A DNA stretch of 63,965 nt, counting the filler, from Folioceros fuciformis (lineage: Eukaryota), in the NCBI GenBank assembly GCA_049999805.1. It is 7 parts of 7 records of this genome, joined end to end, with 100 filler letters (N's around TTAATTAATTAA, not from the genome) between each part and the next. Parts side by side here need not be neighbours in the genome. Positions count along the whole stretch, not along the records: positions 1 to 8,215 come from JBNGIO010000894.1; positions 8,316 to 19,977 come from JBNGIO010000895.1; 5 more parts are not named here. The stretch is one strand, 5' to 3'. Shown here piece by piece: positions 1 to 12,200 of the stretch; position 1 is the stretch's first letter, and every line of letters begins with the position of its first letter. Position numbers and translations under genes: made by a program. The notes under the pieces were generated by a model. The model did no database searches, was not told the DNA's origin, and worked only from the letters and a program-made list of their open reading frames with translations.

Positions 1-2
1 CT

Positions 3-1451
3 GCTGAAAGGGGCTTTGAATCATGTGTATTTGTTGGTAACGCTTTGGTAACTATGTATGCAAAGTGTGGGAGCATCATGGATGCACAACTGGTGTTTGG
101 AAGATTGACTCAGCCAGATGTGGTATCATGGAATGCTTTGATTGCAGCATACACTCAGCAGGGTGACGGTGAGAAGGCCTTGCAGGTCTACAGGCAGGTC
201 CGAGAAGACTGTGTCTTACCAAATGCCCGCACCTTCGTGGCAGCTCTGCAAGCATGTTGTATCCTAGCCGACAATGAGGAAAGCGCGCTTGTGCATGGGC
301 ACAAGCTGAAGGTGGAGTCATTGTTGAAGGGAAAAGAGATTCATGCTGAAGCGGCTAAGTGGGGTTTTGAATGTGACGTCTTTGTGGCTAGCACTGTGGT
401 TCTCATGTATGCAAAATGTGGGAGCATCATAGATGCACAGCAGGTGTTTGACAGTTTGTCCGTGAAGGATGCGGTTTTGTCACGGGCCATGACTGCAGCA
501 TATGCTCAGCAGGGCCAAGGGGAAAAGGCTTTGCAGGTATTCAGGCAAGCGCAACATCAGAATTTTAACCTAAATGAGTCTACATTTCTTTATGTCTTAC
601 AGGCATGTAGCAACACAGGAGCATTGGATGCTTGTTTGGACACTCACAGAAGTCTCATGGACAACGGACTAGGCAGGAGTCTTGCAGTGATGACCAGTTT
701 GATACATGCTTACGGAAAATGTGGAAGCATGACAAATGCTCAATCCGTGTTTGATTCACTCTCACAGCCCGATGTTGTTTCATGGACTGCACTGATGGCT
801 GGATATGCTCGACAAGGTGATTGTAATATGACTCTGAAATGCTATGATGACATGCTTGTAGCAGGAGTGAAGCCAGACAAGGTGACGTTTCTAGCACTGC
901 TTTCTGCTTGCAGCCATTCGGGCATTGTAGACAAAGGGTTAGAGTACTTCGAAAGCATGATCAGAGACCATGGGATACCCGCTGACATGGAGCATTATGT
1001 GTGCGTTATCGATCTTGTCGGACGCGCAGGACTGCTAAGCAAGGCAGAAGACTTGCTCTTGCAGATGCCAATGCAGCCAACGTTGCCCGTCTGGTTGAGT
1101 CTGCTCGGTGCTTGCCAGAAACACAGCAATGTAGACCTAGGACGGCGTGCCTTCGATGGCGCTGTGAATACAGAGCCTGCACAAGCTTCTGCTTATCTCC
1201 TCATGTCGAACATCTATGCTCACGCTGGCATGTGGGATTGTGCGAAGGAAATAGATGACATGAGGGAGAGAGCAGGTGCATGTAAGACTGCCGGCCAGAG
1301 CTGGATCGAGCATAAGCACGAGGTGCACTGCTTTATGGCGGATGACCACATGCACCACGAAGAGTATGAGTTGGTGAAGGAGCTCAGCTCAAAGCTGAAA
1401 GATACAGGACATGATGCAGCCTATCCCACACACACCGAGCTCTGGATGTAA
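3..1451 (+). CDS. PLS-class PPR protein with E1/E2/E+ C-terminus (organellar RNA editing factor type), 5'-partial
   Basis: Open frame from base 3. Repeated 'MYAKCGS...A..VF....DVVSW.A' P/L/S motifs, E domains (EHYVCVIDLVGRAG, WLSLLGAC, AYLLMSNIYA) and PG-box-like KTAGQSWIE. Stops before any HxE/CxxC deaminase motif. Confidence 0.95.
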   Translation, partial: AERGFESCVFVGNALVTMYAKCGSIMDAQLVFGRLTQPDVVSWNALIAAYTQQGDGEKALQVYRQVREDCVLPNARTFVAALQACCILADNEESALVHGHKLKVESLLKGKEIHAEAAKWGFECDVFVASTVVLMYAKCGSIIDAQQVFDSLSVKDAVLSRAMTAAYAQQGQGEKALQVFRQAQHQNFNLNESTFLYVLQACSNTGALDACLDTHRSLMDNGLGRSLAVMTSLIHAYGKCGSMTNAQSVFDSLSQPDVVSWTALMAGYARQGDCNMTLKCYDDMLVAGVKPDKVTFLALLSACSHSGIVDKGLEYFESMIRDHGIPADMEHYVCVIDLVGRAGLLSKAEDLLLQMPMQPTLPVWLSLLGACQKHSNVDLGRRAFDGAVNTEPAQASAYLLMSNIYAHAGMWDCAKEIDDMRERAGACKTAGQSWIEHKHEVHCFMADDHMHHEEYELVKELSSKLKDTGHDAAYPTHTELWM

Positions 1452-2009
1452 GCTCCGGAGGCTTTCACCATGCCCAAGTTAGGCGAGAACGGTGGGAATA
1501 CACAACGTAAAATAGACTTGACTGTTAGGTTTAATCAAGAAGACTAATTGGCGACCGTCAGAACTGGAAATGGAGATGCCAGTCACCAGTCGAGAAGCCC
1601 CTTCCCTTCTCCAGTACTGTTGGGATCAAATTTTGCCGGGGCAAAGACACATGTCCACAAATTCTTTTAGCCACATCGAGAACAGAGCGGCTTGCTCAAA
1701 CAATCGGCTAGGGTGTAAAGCAATCAATGGACTCACTGATAAGCGGCAAAGAGCAGACTGTGAGGTCTTCACGAGGTCTTGAGAACAGCGGTCTCCAGAA
1801 GAGCTGGTGCTGTCTGCCTTGCGTTCGGACCGTGCATCGCCCCAATGCTGTTACGAGCATTCCTATACTTGATTACGAAAACACAGGTCCGTCGAAGGGT
1901 CAAGACGATCAGCAACGCTGACTAGCAAAAGGACACTCAACAAACAAAATTACAAACACGACAAAAACAATTTGGATATAATGAAGTATTTACGCCACAT
2001 GAGCTGTAA

Positions 2010-2026
2010 GCTGGAGTAGCTCAGTT

Positions 2027-2059
<33 letters not shown>

Positions 2060-2083
2060 GAGGTTCAAGCCCTCCCTCTAGCG
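2010..2083 (+). tRNA. tRNA-Asn (GTT)
   Basis: Acceptor stem GCTGGAG/CTCTAGC, D arm GCTC/GAGC, anticodon arm TGTGG-CTGTTAA-CCACA (GTT at 2044-2046), T arm GGAGG-TTCAAGC-CCTCC. A TTTT pol III terminator follows at 2087-2090. Confidence 0.97.
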
Positions 2084-2143
2084 AACTTTTGTTTCTGTCA
2101 ACCCCCACAAGGAACAATATCCGGGATTGTCATGTGCCACCAC

Positions 2144-2275
2144 AAACTTTTCTAATTTCTGAAGACTTTTCATCCTTTTCTAATTTGTAAAGATGAAACT
2201 TTTTTAATTTCTAAAGACTTTTCATCCTTTTCTAATTTGTAAAGAAACTTTTCTAAGTTTTAAAGACTTTTCATC
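2144..2275. repeat. ~50-bp AT-rich tandem repeat, ~2.5 copies
   Basis: Recurring aaacttttctaatttct(g)aagacttttcatccttttctaatttgtaaaga. Confidence 0.8.
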
Positions 2276-2448
2276 TTAGACATCATCATTGTATGGCATA
2301 CCAAACCGGAGGCATACCAAACCGGAGAGAGAGTCTCTTGGAAATCTTTGTTTTAAGGACTCGAATGGCCACTTTGGGCTTAGGCATGAAGTTTTAAGTA
2401 CTAGAAAAAATGGGCACAAAGTTTTAGGTACTAGAAAACAAAACCTAA

Positions 2449-2570
2449 ACCCACCATTTGAGCCTTTGCAAGAAAATATGGGTATGGTTTACTAAAATGT
2501 CAACACCAAAACCCACCATTTGAGCCTTTTCAAGGAAATATGCGTATGGTTTACTAAAATGTCAACAGCA
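2449..2570. repeat. ~61-bp direct tandem duplication
   Basis: acccaccatttgagccttt...tatggtttactaaaatgtcaaca occurs twice with a few mismatches. Confidence 0.85.
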
Positions 2571-3307
2571 ACCTGTTTTGGCATACTGCATGCTCCTCGT
2601 TTAGGGTTGGCAAGTCACATTGGTTTAGGGTTTAGGACTCGGCCTTGGTGGTACCACCTTGCAACTTTAGACTTAAGGTTCCTTCATTTAGGGGTTCGTG
2701 CTTAGGGTTCCTTCATTTAGGGGTTTGTGCTTAGTGGTGGACTCGTTTTCTTTTCTCTCCACCTTGTGTCTCTCCTCCACCCCCCATGCCTCCCCTGTCT
2801 CGTGTCTCTCCTCCACCCTCCATCGTCATTATCCACGCCATACGGAGGCGATCCCACTATCCGTACAAGTTGGAATGACTTTTGCTAGAATGTGTCTAGG
2901 AATGTCCCCATTTTCAGCACCCTTTGTAGATTCCACACCCGAACAAATGTTGTGAGCCCTCTTCATTGTTGGCATGAAAGCTATGTGTAGTGAGTGCACA
3001 TAGCATAGGTTTGTTGTGTCCAACTCAAGGCTGGCTTGTAGATCGTGTATATACATACCCCTTTTACAAGCAGTCTCACTTCTCCTTCAACGATCGATTC
3101 TCTGCAAACCAGGCGCACTCACCTTGTAGTTAGCATTTCCATTGAAGGCCCACTCTACTCCCCATCCTCCACATCTACCCCCTCTACTGCACGCTGATTG
3201 TGCAACCCCTTACTTGGTTGTGGATTGAGGGTCCTATGATGAAGTTGCTTCCATTCTTTTGTGGCTGTGCCATCCTGAAATCCACCTCCACCAGGTTGTG
3301 CTCTATC

Positions 3308-3430
3308 GCATAGTCCAACCTCAACCTTGGTGAGTGGCCAAATCTCTGCATAGTCCAACCTCAACCTTGGTGAGTGGCCAAATCTCTGCATAGTCCAACC
3401 TCAACCTTGGTGAGTGGCCAAATCTCTGCA
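3308..3430. repeat. 40-bp perfect tandem repeat, 3 copies
   Basis: gcatagtccaacctcaaccttggtgagtggccaaatctct three times, identical, with no spacers. Confidence 0.95.
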
Positions 3431-5991
3431 CAACCCTAATTTCCGCATCATAGATGGTTTCAACACATTTGTTGTCCGCCAACATTGTCCATGTTATATA
3501 GTAGTGTGTTGCTACATTCACCCTCATGTGGAACATATATATCAAACATATATATCTTGTCGTATGTTACACTAATGCATCGCAGTTCTTAGGTAGGTGG
3601 CAACATCAACAAGCTTAACGCATCAAGTTGCAGACACTCACATGGACAAGTATACATTGGTGTCTAATTTGAGTACGACACTCGTCGAATATGATGCGTA
3701 AAATATGAATGTAAAATGATACCGATGAGTGAATATAAAATGATATCGATGCGTGAATGTAAAATGATACCTTTTGCATGAATGTAAAATAACATTGAAC
3801 GTTTGTCAAAGAATTGTCCGGTATGATAAAATGTCCATTAAAAAAACCATCTTGAATTATATACCCGACATGAAAACCCTGAAATAGTCATGCAGTTTGG
3901 ACTCTACTTTACCCATGATTTGGAAAGTGAATCTAAGTAAAGAATAAAATCAATAATTTGCTTCATGTATCTTACAATGAGAAGGTGAGGTATCTAGATA
4001 AGGATTTAAACAACAACTGTTTATCAAAAATCTTGAGAGCGTAGACGCTCACTTTTTGAACTACTCGTAACAGAGTCACGTGAAAATAAAGCTAATACAT
4101 ATCGGGAATTTTCTCATCCGTAGCCGAAGAGTACCTAGGCCTGAGAGCTATGCGCCCGGCGCTCCGTCCGGTAGGTACTGCCAAGTTTGGTGACCTTTCT
4201 ACATGGGTACTTTCATGTAACTTGACGACCTGTACCACTGAACATTTACCCACCTCCAGGTGAGGAGAGTGTAGGCCAGCCCCCTTTGCAGCCTTACAGC
4301 GGCGTGTCCAAACCGTCCTTACAGACCTCAAGCACACGGGGATCTCGCAGCGGTGGACACAACTAGCGCATTCCGCTGCATTCGCGACCTAAGCCTTCGT
4401 GCCCGCAATGGAGAGAAGCACCGAATTTGTGACAATTCCTGGCTCTCGAACTGGAACAAATCCATGACCCCCCTATGCGCGCAAGATGCCGCTTGGCGGT
4501 CGCCGTGCCCCATACAACGGGCCGGGCTTCCACCAGCTTCAGCTTGAACTTCCATCAGAGACATGCCAGTGCTCGGGTACGCTGGTCCTCACAAACGGAT
4601 GCCTCACGAAGTACCCGAAAACCTTCCTCTTGAAGCTCAGCTTCTGATTCCTGGTAGCTCGGAAGAAGTAGTCCACCAATCCATTGGCCACGACGTCGGC
4701 TGCCCTCTCCGCTCTGCAGCAGGCCATGATAAACCTCGCCACCACCCCTGCTGCAACATAGCGTGCACGCCTGTCAGCGACCTGGAGAGAAGGATCTCCC
4801 GGGGACAAGGACTCTGCACCCCCGGCAGTGCCAGCTACCTGAGGCTCGGACACGGCCGGCTCGTTTTCCAGCGCCTGCAGTGCTCTGCCCTGCAGCGCCG
4901 ACAAAGCCGCAGCCCTCTCCAGCATTGACACGTTCAGTGCTGCAGCTTCCGCCGCTGCTGCCACCGTTTCTAGAGTCCTCCTGGCCCGGCGGCTGGATGG
5001 CTTCTGCACGCCGTGTCCTTGCCTCCGGACTTGTAGAGACGACGGTGTTGGTCGCCCTGCCCTCCGCAGCCTCCCTGAAACCCGTCTATGCTCCATCTCT
5101 CACGACAAAACGAGTCCCGGGTCGTGAAGCGAGCTGCTCGTGCTCCAGAGACCCTGACTGCTCCGAGCTCCATGAGGAGCCACTCCTTTGGACTTCCCCC
5201 GCCGCTAACCCTAGAGGGCTAGGGCAGCCAGGCCATTGCATACAGAGAACGGACGATCGGCGGCTGTCGCCATTATCCGATTCTCTGCTCCACGTTATGC
5301 ACTGGATATGCATAGCTTCTTACTGGGACCCTCTTACCTGCGCACAGTACACAGCTACAGATGCATGTGCATGCTGAGAAAGCCATGCCAAAGGACCTTT
5401 CGAGGAAACATTGTCCTGGAGATGTCGGCCCCGCACGTGCTCCTGTACCCGATAATGCCACAGCTGAGATCTCTGGGTTCATCTGAATCTGAATTGGGCG
5501 GTGCCAGCTTTTTAGGGCATCCGAGCTTCGAAGGGCGTTCTATTTTCAATACGAAAAACAGGATCGCCGAGGCCTAGAAATTATGGGTAACTTCACACGA
5601 TGATTAGTTCCTGCTGTCTACACGCGAGGCAAACGCCACTTGTGGCCTCGGGACACATCACAACAATAAGAACTTAGATACTTCGTTTCTACTCCTCTCA
5701 CGTTCCAGTGCTCGAAGTGGATGCACGATGTCTCAGCGCACGAACCAGGGAATTCAAGGCTGTCTTCAGTCTTGCACGCCCTGTCCATTGGTTTCAATGC
5801 ATGTGCATAAAAAGCTCCAGCCGCCGCATTGCCCGGATAAGAAACGGCAGCGAGGAAACGCAGCTGCCTGCGGATGCCTTGGGATCCGGGCAGCTCTGAA
5901 GCGCCCACCAGGTGGAAAACGGTGGTACAACCAACAAGGTGGCACATAACAGTACCAAAGCTGGGTGAAGTTTCGGATCCCGACAGGTGGT

Positions 5992-8117
5992 TCAAGACGA
6001 TGCAGACAATACTGCTTCCCCGGCAGATTCCTGAGACTCCTTGGCCTTCTGACTTGATAAGCCGACCTTCACTAGCAAAGCTTCCGTCTCTTCATTCGGT
6101 TTCACACCATCGGCTTCCATCCGTTCTACGAATCCAGCAGGACGCTCTCCTGCTTTGGCATAAGCTTGCAAAACTGCGTTGTAAATCCGTGTGTTGATAC
6201 GCTTGTAACTTCTCTTGAACTCCGCAAAGATCTTCTCAGCGTTCTTATAGTCCCCACTCTGCCCGAAGTTTTCAATGAGCACAGCCAGCGTCTCATACCA
6301 AGGTACAGTCTTCGACCGCATGGAACTTGTAGCAGTATGGTCCAGAACCTTCAGGGCTTTGTCTGCGTGCCCGCCTCGCAAATAGCTGGTCACAAGTATG
6401 TGGTTTGTCAGGGAGTTTCGATGAATTTGCTTTTCGGCATCCAACTTCGCCAATAGCTCCTCGGCCTTTTGCATATCATCCGGTGTCTCCTTGTACACAG
6501 ACAGTAGAGCATTGTATGCATGGATAGAGATCCCTCCCGGCTTTTCCTTCAGCTGCTCAAACAAGTTCTCTGCTTTACTCTCCAAGTTCAACTTTCCGTA
6601 GGCCTGAATCAAGGTACAAAAGCATCGTGGTGGTACCCTGGGCCCTTTCTTCACGATCTCCCACACCTTCTCCACGAACTCCACATTTCCTAAGGTCGAA
6701 AAAGACCTCAGGAGGACGTCATAAGCAACAAGCTTCCCTCGAGAAGGAGACTTGTCAAACAAATCCAACATTTCCGCAACTGTATCCCATTTTCCTGCTC
6801 TAGCATAGGCTACCATTACGACCGCAGAAGTTGAAGCATCAGCACTTACACCAGCTTCAGCCTTCATCCCTTCATGGAGCTCCTCCACTTTACTGAAATT
6901 TCCTGCCTTGCTCTCCATGTCAATCAGAATATTGTATGTGAACACGTCATATTTGATGCCTCGTTGTTTCATGTCCTCCAACACTTCCGGAACCTTCTCT
7001 GTCAACCCCGCATTCTTGTACATTATCATCATTTGGTTGAAGGGAAAGGCTGTCTTGGCGATGTCGGCTTCAACCATTTCCTTGAAAAAGGCCTCTGCCT
7101 TTTTCGTGGTACCAGCAGACACATAGGCAGCCAGAAGGGCATTGTAAGCACCAGGGGTCTTCAAGGCCTCCTCACTTTTCCTGAAAGTAACTTCCGCCAC
7201 AGCTGAATTGCGCAATTTAGAGTAGGTGTCTATCCGTATGGCGAGGAACGAGCCATCCTTCTCTTCCGGGTTCTTCTTCAGATACCAATCAAGCAGCTGC
7301 AGGAACAGGCAAACGTAACGTTACAAACCAGCTGTGCAGGTGGTTCTTGCATCCTCACAAGCTATAAACTCCTCTAACAGCGAACTACACGAAAAACGGA
7401 TGCACTCCCGGCTTTCTGACCTCCAATATCTGCGAGTACCGCTCTTGCTTTTTCATTGCCCGCACCACCGCGACCAGCTTAGGTTTGTTGAGTTTGTTCT
7501 TCTTGCTCGCGGCCTCCCATTTCTCCACTGTGCGCGAAACAATACCATTGTCGCGCCTGGGCAGCTTACTCAACATGGAAATAAGCGCCCAACCAGAGGG
7601 ACCCGCTGCTTTAATATTCCCGTCAGCATCCTCATCGCCCTCATTACCCTCAATGTCTAAATCCAGCGCAGCGCCGCCGTCATTAGACAACTCGTCAGGA
7701 CTCTTCTCGGCCTCCGACGAGAAGGCTCTCAGCCCATGATCGGGCGGAGGCACATGAGACAAGCCACACCTGGCTGCAGGCTTCCCAAGTATGCTCCCGG
7801 TCGGAAACTTCCGCGCCGAAAATTCTTTCGACGGGGCGGCCCCGCCGCCACAAGTGTACCTCCTCACATTCAGTTGGTCAGGACCAGGAGGAGGTTTACC
7901 CAGAGAATTGCCTTGGACGCTGCCAAGGAACGCACCAGTTTCCCTCCACTCCTGGGCCGGCCTGAGGTTCCAACCCACAATCAGAAGCAATGCCTAAGTA
8001 AGAGGACAGAAAGCGCCAACCCATCGGTGCACGAAGGAGCTAAATTTGCGATGCTTTGACGAAAAGGACTAACCTTCGAACGTATGCAATACGTGCTGCT
8101 CTCCACACCCTCCACAT
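5992..8117 (-). CDS. P-class PPR protein, probably mitochondrial; 3 exons (8117-8074, 7961-7421, 7296-5992)
   Basis: GT-AG introns join the exons in phase (44+541+1305 nt). N-terminus MWRVWRAARIAYVRR resembles a transit peptide. Tandem P motifs (YNALLAAY, FNQMMIMY, YNILID). Confidence 0.88.
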
Positions 8118-8215
8118 ACCTGCTGCTCTGCCAGGCAAATCCCACTTTGTCAGGTCCCAGCTGCTGAGGCTCGCCAAGCCTACCTTGAATATGAAAAAGT
8201 TCACAATACACCCCC

Positions 8216-8315
8216 NNNNNNNNNNNNNNNNNNNNNNNNNNNNNNNNNNNNNNNNNNNNTTAATTAATTAANNNNNNNNNNNNNNNNNNNNNNNNNNNNN
8301 NNNNNNNNNNNNNNN
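8216..8315. other. Artificial contig linker (N44-TTAATTAATTAA-N44)
   Basis: The same 100-bp spacer with stops in all frames also occurs at 19978-20077, 30482-30581, 43791-43890, 51990-52089 and 59978-60077. Confidence 0.98.
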
Positions 8316-8985
8316 TTCATGGTTGTGATCACCAATACCACCCTCTCTTCTCTCCTCTCCTGCACTTGCACGTAGATTGGAGTCGATCCTATTGACAGTT
8401 GTCTCACACACACTCAAATTTTAAAACATAGCTAGCAGTTCAGGGAATAGGGGGAGGGGGAACTTTAGGATGACACAACAGCGTTACGAGCAAGCTACAA
8501 ACCCACCTCGCACCAATCTTTCCGCTCTTCGTCCTTGGTCAGCGAAACTTGCTGATTCATCCCCCTCACCACCAACCGCGGAGCAACACTCTCGACCACC
8601 CCTAGGAGCTTCTTGCACACACTACCCACGTTGGCAATGCGAAGTCAACAAGGACCGGGAAGTTGTCTAAGACGTTGTTTGATTAGAGAGGCACCAACAT
8701 GCCTTTTTGTACAAAGTTTCTAGAGCTGGAGCCACAGCCCGCCATAAAGTTTGGTTTAAAAACAGTCAACGTGAAAGGTGCCCTTAATTGCAGGCGGCAT
8801 CAGGTCCAAGATAGCATCTTTACCAAATCTCATCTAAATTCTATTTTTAAGATGCAAGAACTCTTGGCCTACCTTAGCGCCGTGCCCTTCTCCTATCCGT
8901 TCTTCTAGCCCTCCTTCCTCTACAACAAATCCCTGGGCTCTCGTTCCTCGCTGCTGGTCAAGCATGTCTTCTCATAAAATCTCCT

Positions 8986-9126
8986 AATATGTCAGCAATT
9001 GCTTTAGTTGTTAACCCCGTGTTCCATGCACGCACGAAACACATAGAGATTCAATATCACTATATCCGTGATGCTGCAGAAAGGGGAATAGTAAAGGTAC
9101 AGTATGTACCGACAACACAGCAGATG
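8986..9126 (+). pseudogene. Ty1/Copia RNase H fragment
   Basis: Translates NMSAIALVVNPVFHARTKHIEIQYHYIRDAAERGIVKVQYVPT, the Copia RNase H signature. Confidence 0.85.
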
Positions 9127-9289
9127 TGTTGACTAGATCTCACTACTGACTGACCTCTCCTGGCTAGGCATAGGTGGGGTCCACCTTGGAGTCTTCTCTG
9201 CCTCCACTGATCGCCTGTTACTAAGGACCATCACAGGTTCCTTCTCCACGTAGGCCTATGCCTCTTCTTTTGTGAGCTCCTTTAGGACT

Positions 9290-12200
9290 TGTTGAAATAG
9301 CACCATAGGCCTAGAAGAACTCCATAGTTCCTTACTTATGGTGCACAGGATGCTACATATATAGCCTTCAGGCGGGGCAACCCTCGATAAGGTAAGCCTT
9401 AGTCTCTAGGGTGCAATATCCTAGTATACCATGATATATCCTGATAACACTTAGGTGATAGATAACTACGAGTTCAATATGGGATAATCTACACTATCCT
9501 AAGTGTTGTATGCTCTTAATAACAATTCAGTTAGAGCTTGATTTCTGCCACTCAAACTCAAGCTCAGACTATTTGTAACACTCCAAGTAGTTCACGAAAG
9601 TGTAAGAACTTATCTCTACCTAGCGACTTAGTAAAGACATCTGCTACCTGGTCTTCGGTCTTCACTTGCCGAAGATCTATCTTCTCAGATAATACCGCTT
9701 CCCTGATGAAATGATAATGTACTTCTATGTGCTTGGAACGAGCATGAAACACAGGATTAGTAGCCAACCTCATGCTACTCATGTTGTCACAGTAGATTGT
9801 AACTTTGCTGTTCACTATATTTCCAAGATCATGTAGCAACTTCTACAACCAAGCTGCTTCACAGGCTGCCATTGCAGCTCCTCGATACTCTGCTTATGTG
9901 CTTGACAAAGCAATTGTCGGTTGTTTCTTGCTTTGCCAGCTGATCATACTACTTCCCAGATTGAATGCATATCCACTGGTTGATCTTCTGTCATACGCAC
10001 AACCAGCCCAATCAGCATCTGTATATCCTGTCAGTTCAAGATGCTTCCTATGCTCATAGAGCAATCCAAACTCAGTAGTTCCTTTCACATATCTCATGAT
10101 TCTTCTAACTGCATCCAAGTGCGGTTTCCTTGCGTTCTGCATGAATTGACTAATCAGTCCCACTGCATAACTTAAGTCAGGACGTGTGATAGTCAAGTAG
10201 ATCAAACTTCCGACCATCTGTCGATACATAGTCACATTTTCCAGCTCAGCTCCTACATCCATTTGCAGCTTAACGTTCTGCTCCAATGGTGTATCCATCG
10301 CTTTGCAATCTGCCATGCCATACTTCTGCAACATATCCTTAGCATATTGGTTTTGGAATAGCCACATTCCTTGAGGTGTAGACAACCTCAATTCCTAAGA
10401 AGTATTTGAGTTCACCAAGATCCTTCACCTTGAACTCTTTTTGCAGATTTGCCATGACATCTGCAATACCATCTACATCATCTCCTATGATGATCAGGTC
10501 GTCAACATAAACGACAAGACACACTTGTTCTACCTTGGTCTGTTTTACAAACAGAGTGTGATCTGCGTCTCCAATCACAAACCCTCGCTCCTTCAAATAG
10601 CTTGTGATACGAGCATTCCATGCTCTAGGTGCCTGTTTGAGTCCATACAATGCCTTCTTCAGTTTGCAAACGTATGTTGGAAACTTAGGATGAACATAGC
10701 CTTCAGGCTGTTCCACGTACACTTCCTCCTGCAACTCACCATTCAAGAAGGCATTCTTGACATCCATTTGCCATAACTTCCATCCTTTAGCTGCTGCTAA
10801 TGCTTTGACTCTCCTTACATTTGTCATCTTGGCTACTGGACTAAAGGTTTCCTCATAATCAAGACCATACTGTTGTGCATATCCCTTTGCAACCAACCTG
10901 GCCTTGTAACGCTCCAGCGTTCCATCTGACTTGAACTTCAGCTTGTACACCCACTTAGAACCAATAGGAACCTTGCCATCAGGCAATTGAACCAAATCCC
11001 ACGTTCCGTTCTCAACTAATGCTGAGTATTCTTCATCCATAGCTTGACACCACTTATCATCTGTCATTGCCTCAACAAAATTGGTTGGCTCCTTACAATC
11101 TGTGATCCTTGTCATATACGCATAATGTTGCGCATTGTAGCTTGTATAGGTGTACCTGTCAATGGGTTTCCTAACCCTCTTAGATCTCCTTGGTTCCGTA
11201 GTCTTCCAGACCATGGATTCACCGTTGGTGATCCACCATTGGTCACATCCTCACTCTTTGCTGGAGTACTCTTAACAGTACTCTCCCCTATGGGTTCGTC
11301 ATAGGGTAGTGCAAATGAGTTGCTATACCAGGAGGCTAACTCACCAAATACCACATCCCTGCTTATCAGGATCTCATGTGTGGATGACACATAACACTTA
11401 TATGCCTTCCTATTTCGTGCATACCCCAGAAAAACACTCTTCACTGCTTTAGGATCCAGCTTCCTACGCTTCTCATCAGGTACATGCACATATGCAATGC
11501 ACCCAAACACTTTCAAGTGCCTAATATCCGGCTTATAGCCATACAGTCTCTCAATTGGTGTAGCATCATGGATTCCTGCCGTAGGAGTTCGATTCAGTAC
11601 ATACACAGCTGTCATCACTGCTTCTGCCCAATAATCATTAGGTAAGCACTTCTCATTCAGCATTGCCCTTGCTATTTCCATGACTACCCTATTCTTTCTC
11701 TCTGCAACACCATTCTGCTGTGGTGTGTATATGCAAGTCAGCTGTCTTCGTATACCATGATCTGCAAGATACCTGTCAAACTCATTTGAGACATATTCTC
11801 CCCTTCCATCTGATCTTAGACAAGAGATGGAGCAGCTGAATTTATTTTCAGCATGCTTTTTGAAGTCCTTGAAAGACTCGAACACTTCATCCTTATGCTT
11901 CAGTATGTACAGCCACGTGTACCTGCTGAAATCATTAATGAAGGAGACATAGTAGTGGGCTCCTTCAAACAATGCATTCTGTGAAGGACCCTATACATCA
12001 GAGTATCAATTGTAAAGGTCTCGAGCTGTTCTACACGTGTCGCACAAATGGAAACCTTGACTGTTTTCCAAATTGACATGCAGAACACACATGACCAAGA
12101 TCAGCATACTTGAACTTGGACAATCCTTCCACCACGCTTTTCTGTTGCATAGATTTCAGCTTCTCTATGTTCACATGCCTAATCCTCTTATGCCATATTT

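Noticed and set aside
3308..3430. CRISPR-like array
   Set aside because: The 40-bp units are contiguous with no unique spacers and there are no cas genes. The context is eukaryotic. The same applies to the 73-bp array at 52502-52724.
8216..8315. Conserved TTAATTAATTAA motif recurring six times
   Set aside because: Artificial all-frame-stop linker inside N runs. Adjacency across linkers carries no biological meaning.
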